From contig NC_087384.1 of NCBI RefSeq assembly GCF_963675165.1, forward strand, positions 2,561,315 to 2,625,314: a stretch of 64,000 bases of DNA. Direction: 5' to 3'. The position numbers and the translations under genes are program-made. Every line of letters begins with the position of its first letter. Within the stretch, counting starts at the first letter, position 1. The DNA is from Halichondria panicea (lineage: Eukaryota). Below the pieces are notes generated by a model that saw only the letters and a list, made by a program, of their open reading frames with translations, was not told the DNA's origin and did no database searches. Shown here piece by piece: positions 32,516 to 44,600 of the stretch.

Positions 32516-32625
32516 CTTTTCTTCAGTTTTCTCTAATAAGCCGAATTAAACGTGGCAATAGTAATGTAGTAATGTTGCAATTAAAATTCCTACCCACGTG
32601 GCACACAGCTAGCTAGCTAGAAATC
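32516..32625. promoter_or_regulatory. Putative bidirectional promoter between the divergent TMED2 and NLE1 start codons, 110 bp
   Basis: The two ATGs are head-to-head and separated by about 110 bp (32515 on the minus strand, 32626 on the plus strand). This is inferred from gene arrangement only. Confidence 0.4.
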
Positions 32626-35600
32626 ATGGAAATGGATGAGCAAGAGATCAAGGAAGGACTTAGTGTGAAGAGAATATTAGCCCAGTTCAAAAATGATGAA
32701 GGCCAACTGGTTGGCACACCTCTGGATCTACCAATCGACATAACACCAGAGTCACTGGCCATTCTCTGCAACGTTGTGCTGCAAGATGTAATAATTATTA
32801 AGCCTTTTACATTACACATGCTCGTGGACAAGCATTATAAATCTACACCAACTTGTACAAGGCAGTTAGTTTTTCAGAAGGTTACTTTGATCAGTTTCTT
32901 GCATCCATCAGTCTGAGTTATAGACATAGTCTCATACCCAACCTCTTTTTTGTCTGGGGGGAATATTCGAATGTGGAGAGTGTTAAATTGTCAGGCTAGC
33001 CTAGACACTACGAGCACCTTGAGAGACCTGTGCACAATATTGTGTGTTGATTGTTTGTTTAGGCGGATGGCAATGCATACGAGTTTTATGTGGATGATAT
33101 TGAGATCCGTGGCTCCCTGTCCAAGACGCTGGAGAGCATTGGCAAAGAGGAGAGGGAAAAGATGTTGGAGATACTCTATCAGCCGCAAGACAAGTTTAAA
33201 GTCAAGGCTGTCACCAGATGCTCCAGCAGCATACCAGGTGGGAGAGCTAGTGCAATACTAGTGCAATACTAATGGAATCATTATAAACTATTTGTATAGG
33301 ATATACCACACCTAAGAGGAGGATATATAGGGTGCATGTCCTCCGAGTAGGTGTGGCATATCTGACTTATACCACGTGACCGCAGCACTATAAAAGGACC
33401 TCCCCCTAGCAACAATTCAATCACGATGCAGACTGCAAAAAAAAAACAAGACTATGCTGGATTTTGCAGCCGTCAAAGAGCTAGTTGAGCAACATGTTGA
33501 CTCCTACAGATGCTCAAGAGTTTCCTTGGTCCAAGCGTTGACCATTCGACGTCCCTTACTGGAGTTGCAAGCTCTTCTTGGATAAAATGTATCTAAACCG
33601 CGCCCATGGACCCATGGAAGCTTTGCCATCTTGTTGGAGAGCACCTTCCGTGTTTCTGCCGTCGCTTTGAGTCTTAGTACCGTCAAGCATGGCTCTTTTC
33701 TCTTTGCTTACTTTCTTCAACAAATGAAAAAACTAAAAAACAACTTGAAAAACTGTGCATGCCTGGGGCTGTATGCTAATATTCTATATATCCTACAGCT
33801 GTTGACCAATGAGATCAATTTGTGGTGACGTAAGTGTGGTATAAGTACTAATAGAGGTCACCACCATTCTGTATACTGTCTGTTAATTGGTGGTTTAATG
33901 TCAATTCTGAATATGTTTCTGTTATAATTATAACTCCCACGTTACTAGTGGTGGCCGTTAGTGTAAAAAACCTTTTATTAACAGTACATTGTGTGCATGA
34001 TTGCCGGATTAATATTATGATAATTGGGATCATTCCCAGGTGGTGAAAGCTGACCTGGGTTGTGGCAGAAGAAGTAGTTGGCCCTTATGCCGTAATGGTT
34101 CTTAGAGTCTGTACATTTAAGAGTCCAGGCTGAGGTTGGAGACTCAGGAGGATTAGCCATAAATCCTTTTGCCGTTTCTCCTATATTCAGGTCACGGTGA
34201 GGCTGTAATTGCAGTGTGCTTCAGTCCTGACGGCCGTCAGCTGGCCAGTGGGTCGGGGGACATGACAGTCAGGTTCTGGGACGTCTTTACAGAGACACCA
34301 CTGCACACATGCAAGGCACACACTCACTGGGTGCTCTGCATAGCATGGTCACCAGACAGTAGGAAACTAGCTTCAGGCTGTAAAAATGGCCAGGTTAGTT
34401 GATTAACTGTTGACCACTACTCACCTCCCAATCATATCCTTGAATGAATCGATAGGATATGTAGCACATGCATCTTTTACATACAGTGCAGCTCTTTACA
34501 ATAATTATGTGTTCAACCTCAGGTTTGTATTTGGGACCCAGTCACTGGGAAGCAGATGGGTCACACTCTGATAGGCCACAAGCAATGGATAACATGGCTC
34601 ACTTGGGAACCACTGCACCTGTGAGTGGAAAATTGCATGCCAATGTACTACTGCGTGTATGCTTGCCTGACCTTTGAACCTAACGCGTTGCTAATATAAT
34701 GTACATTAGTGTTGAATGCTATAAATAACGTATTTGTGCTTCCCAAAGAGACCCTGAATGTCAGCTGCTTGCGAGTGGCTCTAAGGACGGAACAGTGAGA
34801 ATATGGAACGTAGCTCTGTATAAGACCACCCTCATCTTGTCAGGCCACACTCACAGTGTGACCTGCATCTTGTGGGGAGGGGAAGGTCTGCTATTCTCTG
34901 CATCACAGGACAGAACCATCAAAGTCTGGAGAGCTAAAGATGTAAGAATTTTTATGGAAGCGCAGAATCCCCAATTAATAGATACACTATTATAATAATT
35001 ATTAGACACTAAGTTGATAAAATCTACATGAGAAGGTACATGGGAAAAGGGTCTTAGAGGAGGTACATGTATACTACTGTATAGTGGGTTATTTTCGAGG
35101 CACTAAATATTCGCGGATTGCCCAAACTAAACATTTCGAGGATAGCGTAGTGGTTCAAATGACCGCGTCTCTACAGTGGAGAGTGTAAACCAATTTCGAA
35201 GCATTAAATGTTCGTGCCTCGAACATAACCAGCTATACAGCCCTGGTATAATTATGAGACTTAGCATATAACTTGTATCCCATTGTCAAGCAAAGTAAAA
35301 TTAATGTAGTAAGCCTCAAGACAAGGTTTGCACATGCACACTATACATATACTAGTATCTAAACGAGTTAGGCACTGTTTTGTTTTGTCGGTGTCCATGT
35401 AATTTAAAACTCTCAGCCACTTGTAGTACCCTCGCTACGCTGGGGATACTAAATCAGTGCCTTTGCACATGAGTTATTTATAACTGAAGTGATCCTGTAC
35501 CAGGAACAATGGAACAGGGTCACTAAAGTAGAAAGCTAGAATTATAGCTCCTGCTGCTTAGCCAATTTATTGTATAACACTCTTTTGGTTGCCTGTAGAT

Positions 35601-38600
35601 TTTTATTATTCATGTCAACAGCCGAGGGTTAGCACTTCAGTGCTCTAGTTTGTCTGTTTGTAATGTACGTGTTTGTAATGTACGTGTGAGTCTGCTTACC
35701 TTTATGTCATAGCACTGCGTTTACTGCATGCATATCCTTTACACAACAAGTTATTAGTTTTAATGGTGGCAGATTTTGATTTTAAAGCTTTGTTGTCGAA
35801 TAAAGCGAGCAAAAGCTAAGAAGCTTGAACTTGCACATTGGTAGCTATAGCTAAAGTACACGCCGCCTTTATTTGAGGTAAAGTACGTATTTACAGCTGA
35901 AGTGATCCCGTACCAGGAACAATGGAAAAGGGTTACAGTAGACTCGTTAATCTGGTCACCCTTGGGACCATGCAGCTTGGCCGGAATAGCGAGGTGGGAA
36001 ATAGCTGCGGCTTAAAAACGACCTTACCCTCGAATGTAATAACTAATTTAGCGGTTTTTGTCTCGAGGATAATGAAAAAAATTTCATTTTAGTATGAACA
36101 TTTCATTGACACAACAACAATGTTATAAACTGAGTAGATTAAAGAATGATAAGCACTAGAGCAATAAAGTGCTAACTCTCGGCTTGTGACCTGATTATAA
36201 AGAAACCAGCATCATCATGGTCTGTATAATGAATAGACATGCATGATAAACACTGGGAGCCTCAGGAGTTAATTGGACTAACCTCAACATTGAATCCACC
36301 TGGAAGTGTGAAATTCTCGTTGTATTGGGGTATGTTCATAATTGCAGGTATAAGATGTCGAATGCACACAACTGCTACTAGCATAGGTTCTGCGTGTGTG
36401 TTAGAATGTGAGTGTTGATTGAGGTACTATTATAGCAGGATATTTTCATGAGGTGCACATTTCGCGTTTTCGAGGGCAGAGCAGTTAACTCAAAAATTAT
36501 AACTGGGATAAACTCCCACGCACCGGTATTTCACATGCAAAGCTATTGGTCAGTGTGGTTTCCTGGCATTGAACTGCGAATATTACAACCCACGAATATT
36601 ATAACCCTCTTTTGGAGGCTCTGGAGCCAAATAACGGAAATGTACACCCGCGAACATTTCCCGCTATACGGTATAATTGTTTTGTTACAGTTCTAATTAT
36701 GTTGTACCATAATGCTATAAAATGTGAACTATAAATACTGTAGTTTGTAGCTTGCTTGAAAGTTTGGGACAAACACCCTATAGCGTTAATTTCGCAGTTT
36801 TACTTCGGTCATTTGAGCATTCTGCGGAATATTAATTTGATTTGTATATCCTAGGCTTTGGGAACTGCATTATGTATTGCACGACTTAGCATTAGATATA
36901 AACTTGTAACAGAAAAGAAACTGGAGTCACAAATTTAGAAGCCTGCATGGAATTATAAATTGCATGCGCGTTTGTAATAAAGCGCCTCAGATCAAAGCCG
37001 CGTGTTATGGACTCGAGGTTAACGCGGTACGAGGCGTATATATACCTAGCTAAACGCCATGCAAGTTCAAGCTTCTTAGCTTTTACTAGACAACAAAGCT
37101 GTCCACTAACTAATGTATTGAGGCTATCCATGCTGCTGTGAACGCACGCACCGCCATGGCATCTGGCATCCAGGTGAGCATGCAGGCTCAGAATCATGGA
37201 CACAGAGACCAGCGTGCTACTACATGTATAACCCGTGGCCACCTACGACGCCTTTGGCTAATAAGCATACTGATATTATGTAAACCTTTATCAAAATTAT
37301 TGCACAGTATTATTATAGTGTGTATTAGCATGTTGAGTATGAATGTATGTAGCGTACCGCCATATCTTTTCCAGCAGACCCATGATCTCGGTCCATCTGA
37401 GTATATATAATAAATTATTATAGTAATGAAAGCACCGCGGGTGCTGATGCCTCGGTGGAGGTGCCAAAGCTACATAACGTAAAGCTTTTATACACGCATT
37501 GATTATAATTATCATGATGAACATTTTTAATTTTGCTGTGCAATCGCAGGGAAACTCAAGTAGTGGGTAATGATCAACCATTATTGTTGTTAAAAACGAT
37601 CGATACCAAAAGTTCAAGATTAATGGCTGCAAGTCAGCAGAGCCTTGCAGCTCTCTTCTCACTCTTGCAGCTACCAGTAGCTAGCGTTCTAGTGCAGAGC
37701 TAACTACTAAGTAGAGTAGCAACACTCGGTGAACAAGTTTTGCTACGGACTCTTCTGAAAAGGCTGCAATGGCATTCCAAGTAAGCAAAACTAGGCATAA
37801 CTCGAGAACAAAACTTTGTTTTGCCAATCCACAAATAGCAAGCCAAGAAAACATGACTATAAGCCTATAAAGACTCTTACTTGCACTTCATTGATCCTTG
37901 AGCAGCTGTAGCAGTCTACACACAAACACACTACCGTATACCTCGCTTGCGCATGCGCACCGAGGCATAATTATGAAATAAAGTTATAATATCATGTTTC
38001 CGTTCCTCCACAGTGACTTCAAAGTTAGTGTGAGTACTTCTTCTAGTTGTTCCATACCTATCTAATCGTACAGTCATACACTAACTTACCCAGAGCTTGA
38101 AAAGAGTATTTGAAAATGGTAGAAAGAATAGTCCCAATCAATATTCCAATAAGAGCTCCACACACAAGGCTGATGAACATTAAACAGACAGGAAATGACG
38201 TGTCGGGGTTTTCATGTTGAAGAGCAGCAAATGCTGCTCCTAGTAAAGAATACCCTTCCGGTGTAAACAGTATCTTCCAAAATATAATGCTTCTTCTCGC
38301 ATATGTAATAATAATGGTTGCAAGATCTGTGTGTCAGTAAGCAGACATGGTAAATACATGTGGTATCCAGAGTAGATGTATTGGCAGATTCAGTCAATGC
38401 AGTAAATCAATGGTGTAGGGCCAATAATCGATAATCCCCACTGCGTTAAAAACACTGTAAGTACGTATAGAGATTAATTACATGGTTTAATTATGTACTA
38501 TATTGATCATAATTCTAATCAAGTTTTTCAGTTGTGTCAAACACAATACCAAAAATGTCTAAAACAATATCAGCAGCATCGAAGAATGCTTTCTAAATAT

Positions 38601-41600
38601 TTTAGAACTCACCGATTTGACATACTCTAAAGATAGCCGTAAGTAGTGAAAACACCATCTCAAACAGTGCAAGCACTATATATCCTAGGGATGCACCAAA
38701 TATAATGCCTAGTACAAGACCAGTAGCAGCTGAGAATGCAGGAAGATGTGAAACACTATTAATGGGACTGTATTGAGCAGCCAATTTTGTAGGACCAGCA
38801 ATGTTGCCAATCGCAGCTCCTAAGACGGTAAACATAGCAGGTATTATAGATGTGCTCAAAGATTGTCGTGAGCTGAGCGACCCTGTATATATTGTACCTT
38901 CCTGTGAGTAAATACTATTTTGCTCTAGTGCCTCAACTTGTTGTCGTGTCAAAGGAAACACAATATTTGCCACATGTTGTGGCATGGTGTAGATCAGTAT
39001 AACGGATCCTTTTTCCACTGCATGAAACTGAAGTGCTCCTCTTTCAGTTAACTCAAACACGTTACAAATTATCGTTGATATGTTTCGAATAGTGCTGATT
39101 CTCATTTGTCTGTATTTGCAGTCAATTAAAAAAACACACTGGTATCGATCGGTTGGACCAGCAACAATTCTGACATTATTACGGTGTAGTCTCGCCTTAC
39201 AGTATGTTTCCAGAGCAGCTTTGTAATCGTTTAATGATTTATTAATTTCCTGATCTCTTTTGCAAAATGTGTTGATAATTTTTTCTATTAGTCTAAAGTC
39301 AAACCATGAGTAATATCCACGCATACTTTCAAAAACGTCACGTACTGAAGAACATTTTCTCTTCATACGCCTTATATGTTTCTCATTGAAGAGCATACAT
39401 TTCCTTTTAGCATCGGTGTCCTGCGCTTGAAATGCTTTCAGTTCAGACAAGAAGAATATTAAATTTTGGTGCTCGTCTCGATCCCTGTTACTTGGTATTG
39501 ACATCATACCACTTGTTATGAGACTAGCAAATTGTCCCCGGATTTGTTCAGTTTGGAATTCCAAATCCTCTCCTCTACATGTAGAAGAAAATTGAGACAG
39601 TTCAAAAGAAGATTTAGATTTGACTTGGAAAGAATACAAATTGTCAGAGTCATCACCAGAATCACTTTCATCACAGTCACTGTCATCACTAGAATCAGAG
39701 CTATCAGTATCTGGTGGAACTAGTTGTTTATAGTTTTGTTTCAGCACATTCAAGCTAGCTTTTAGCCACACTTCTTCTTCAAGGATATTAATAATGTCTG
39801 TGTATATTGAAGAATCAATCTTAACTTTATTCATCATTACATCAACAATTCTTTTAGCATGTTCTATACGATCGTGAGATTCATTGCTGAGGTAAGAAAC
39901 ATCTTCTTGAGACCAGATGCCTAGTGGTGTTAAGGCAGTCCTGATACCTCCAGGTGATTGTTGTATACCCTTGACTAATTTGTCATAGCTTCTTTCTAAA
40001 GCCTTGTGTTCGGGATGAGTGTGTACTAGAATGGCCGTAGACTGTCCAACCATTAGTTTGTGTGCCACAACCATTAGTTTGTGTGCCATAAAATCCACAC
40101 AGCACAATAACATGTGAAGGAGCTGTTTAAGAAATCTATACAAGAATGCACAATCCATATTTAGTGAAATCAATAGAGCTTAGAAAACTGATCAAGCTAT
40201 GTACATGTAATATAATATATAAGGCTAATGTTTAGAACCTGATTAGAACGAGAGTCTTGTATGACCTTTTGTCCTTGATAAGGGCTTTATTGTTTCTCGC
40301 CGTAAGACCAGTTGTTTGTTCTGAATACACTCGTAGCACGGTATGTATGTTATCTAGTACGAAACTTTATACAGAAAGGTTATCAAGTATCAGGTATGAC
40401 TCAGCAAATACGTATGTGAATATACTCGTCCCATATATGGTTTTTGTTTTCGTGAATATCGATCAATTATGTAACTTGAAGCGTTGTTGTTTTTAGATTG
40501 TAATTTTCTGATGTCTCGATCTCCTTTCTATAGGGTGTCCTGTGTCGAACTCTCCAGGGTCACGGTCACTGGGTGAACACCATGGCACTGAGCACAGACT
40601 ATGCACTGAGAACAGGAGCGTTTGATCCGGCTGACAGGGCATTGGAGCACATTGGCATACAGGGAATGTCATGTGAGTGTCATACTCTCTCTAGCTTGAA
40701 TGACAGGTTGGTTAGAACAATACTTGTCTGTACACAGACCCAGTATACGTAAAACAGGCTTACATGCATGGTTGTATTTTACGGTTCCTAAAAGGCGGTG
40801 AAGTTTGGTATCTGTGTGCAAGGGAGTGTGTGAACAATTAATTACTTCAACATTCGATCTATTAACTGTCGTACAGTGTTAGTATGAGTTAACAAGTTAG
40901 TATGAACAAGTAAAATTGCCAAGCCGGATAATCGAGGTTCCAGAGTATAATAGAGAGACATATTCTACTATACTAATTTAGGTTTTGCAATTATTTTTAT
41001 TGTTGCGAATTGATCAAGGGCGAAAATCGCATGCTCAAAAAAATATTCTAGTAATAATTATATGGTAGTCACAAGATTTGAGTCTTGCAATTTTGCAGCT
41101 GCGGAGTTGAAAACTAGAGCGCTGGCAAGATACAACTCACTAAAGGTACGCTCCTTTTTATGACTATGTGTAAGACAAACTCACAGTATGCTCTCTCTCC
41201 AGGGCACTGAGCCTGAAAGAATGGTGTCAGGGTCTGACGACTTTACACTATTTCTGTGGCAACCAGGAGAGAGCAAGAAGCACCTAGCTAGAATGACAGG
41301 TTGGTTAGAACAATACCTCAGACCCTGACAAAATGTATGTACGTAAAACAGGCTTACATTAATAGCTATTAAGTGAATTATGATCCTTACCGTTTTTCTT
41401 TCCATAAGTAAGTACGCTCTCCATATTTATGTATTGTGTATTGTATGTAGCCGTGGGCTGTGCTATACGTATCTATAATTACGCCAGTATAGATTACAGT
41501 AACATTATTAATTTGTTACAAGATCTTAGAGCTTAAGTGTACATTACTCAAATTCCTACCCCCCCCCCCCCAGGCCACCAACAGCTGATTAACGAGGTGT

Positions 41601-44600
41601 GCTTTTCTCCCAATGGGAGACTGATAGCGAGTGCCTCATTTGACAAGTCAGTAAAATTATGGGACGGAAAGACAGGAAAGTGAGTGACCATTTTACTGCT
41701 ACGGTGTTTTGCGAGTGGAAATTAAACCTCTGCGAAATTTGGCGCTCTATACATGTATTAAAAGAATGTTTTGTGATTTGCTATCAGGCAAGGATTTTTA
41801 TATGCAAGTACTATAATAGCTCTGATTTTTGTTGAAATACCATAAAATCGCATGTTTGCAAAACATTGTTACGTATGTAGTAATATGCACAGTTCATGTA
41901 TACCTCCTTAAAGTACATGTATGACTCATCCTGAGTTTAATGCAAAAAATATTAATGAAAGTGACAAGGTTTTTCTAGAGAGGCCGGCCGGTATGCATAG
42001 GCAGCCTCGGGGTATACTAGTCCTTTTGTATATTTGTCTGTGTATTCTGAGTCTTCACTAGATGCCATATAGCTCTTCGTTTGCAGCATGAATAGCCTAA
42101 ACACAACAAGTTGTTAGTTTTAACAGTGAAAGATTACTTTGTCAAATAAAAGCGAGCAAAAGGCTACATGTAAGAAAGATTACCTTGCGCATTGGCTATA
42201 GCTACGATGTAGGTAGATCTAGCTAACGCGGCTTTAGTTCGAGGCAATGCCATTACACATGTGCACTACCGCCACAGAGGAGGTTGGCCATGCGTCATCA
42301 ATCATGTGACATTCCTAAGGTCTCTGCTCGCGTTATCATAGATACCGTTAAAAAGTTATGGCTACTCTTGCTTTGCTGAGCTTATAACACATATAACACA
42401 TGACTAGCTGTGTCTGTTGATTGGCTGGACCAAGATTAGAGGATAGAGTATAGTTTAGCGGTGCTGTATGCAGCTTGCACTATACATATATAGTGGCTGG
42501 CAAGAATCTAGTAAATACTGTATGCACTGATATCTCGCCAGAATAGAAGGGATAGGGTTGGTTAATGATATCAAAACAAGCCAGGGAGACACAAAGTTTG
42601 CCTTCAGTCTCTAATGACTGTGCAACACCAACTAGAAGTTACATACAACTCATTGTCAATTTTTGTGCCAGCTCAGTAAAAAAAAGTGGTGCACGTGATC
42701 GTGTCCAACCTCCTCTGCTACTGCCATATGGAGCCCTGTTTCTTTCATGGGAAGATACTCCAGGTTTTTTTTGCTGTTTCTACCCCGGTTTCAGTGTACG
42801 CATGCCTGCAGGTACCCTGTTCGTGACAATCTAGGTTTCTCTGCTGTCCCATGCAGTGCACGTCTGTGACCATGCATGCACCCTTACCAGTCACGTTCAT
42901 ATCTGATTTTCCTTCATAATTATAGTTTAGTTTCGTTACCCTGTTAGTTGCTGCTATATATTTTCTCTGCTATAATATGTTCCCATGTTCATTCAAAACT
43001 ATATATTACTGCTTTTCACATATTTTTTACGTCATAATTATGTTGTTGTAGGGCACTATTACATGCATATATATAATGTAACTGACAAGGGTTTCTCAGT
43101 GTTCTAGTTATCTTAATTATCACATGCATGGTTATAATGCTACAAAAACGGTCTCATAGATTATATAAATTACACTGGAGTCTCGGAAGTGGTGTCATTC
43201 TTGTTCTCTGTCTCCGAATCTGAAAGGTTTAACTCAACGACTTTCACCACTAAGTCTTCATACGATCGATGTTTTTCTATTTGGCTGTCTTGATTGTGCT
43301 CTTGTTTCGAGTCATCACCTTCTTTCTCTTTTGTGCCTTCTACGTCGGGCTTTTTTTCATCTTCATCATTAACCAGCACACTCCACGGGGTAGCAACGAC
43401 TAGTACGAAAATTGATGCAATCCCAAACGCCTCTATAAAAGTTCCATAGACGGCAAAATCTCTGTACCTTACAAAAGCCATTGAAAGGGCTGCAGCTACC
43501 AGCAAAATGATAACAGGAGATTGCTGGATAATGATGGCTATCAGTCGATAGGCTCTTTGATTACAGCATCTTTTGAGCACTTTATAGCAGGCTAGTATAA
43601 TCATACCACCAAACTTCATCGTGTAGATGCCGTACGTTAGAGTACCTCCTGCCAAGCCAACAGCATCCCCCACGCTGTACACAAATTCAAAGCAGATAAT
43701 TCGATCGGTTTCAGTCACATTATCACAACTAGTGATAGGTGTTCTCTGCCAACCCCTCGTAGCATCTGTGGTTCCTATAAAGCATATTTTCTTGTCGTCA
43801 CATTCGATTGTCCTCTCAATAAGAAACCTCTCCCATAGAGCTAGTAAAGAGCTCATTAGCAGTGTGAATGCGTTCAGCCTCAACATTAGAGCAAGCCACG
43901 ATAGTTGAGTTTGTCTCCAATTATCGTCCATCTCTTTGACTCCATATTGACTCTCTTTCTTGAGAAAAGCTGTTATGTTTTTGTCTGATTCTCCATACAG
44001 AGTGAATACTATTGTGTTCACTTTCTCTGCTATCCACTGGTTGATCCTTCTCACCTTTGTGTTAGGCTTTTCCTTATTCTTCTCCTTTGGAGCTTTGTGT
44101 CTCCTTTGACCACAGGTTACACGGTATGTAATGTAGATAGGATATATGAAGGCAATACTAAGATATAGAACCATGCCAAAAGCTGCATACAAAGTAGCCA
44201 GTGGTAAGACATCCAATAGTTCCAGTGTAAGAAGAATGTAGCTTGGCTCCATGTCTTTTGCTGGCAGCAGTTACACAAGAACTGTAGTAGTCAAAAAAAG
44301 TCAGTACTAGATTCATATTCTACTGCTCTGAACCTTGGACTATAATTATATCTATGGGCTGTCTGTGGTGTCATTAGTGTAAAGTCATATATTCCAGTGA
44401 GAATGCCGTGGTTACGGAATTCTATAGCTGTTTAATGTGGTTATGACATGAATAATACTGCGATGGTGACCTAGCTTTGATATATGGCCTGTTTATAGGT
44501 GTGGTGTGACCATTGTACAAATAATATTATAGCCTTTCAGTCTGAGATACAATTACATGGGGAAGTATGTGAAAAGGCAATTAAGCTACACATCAAGTGA

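Noticed and set aside
33300-33700. TATA-like sequence cactataaaaggacc and short ORFs in NLE1 intron 2
   Set aside because: No downstream coding potential or homology was found. It is probably a chance TATA match.
36892-37662. ORFs 36892..37242 and 37297..37662 on the minus strand
   Set aside because: They lie inside or adjacent to the MITE family copy A and have no coding signature.
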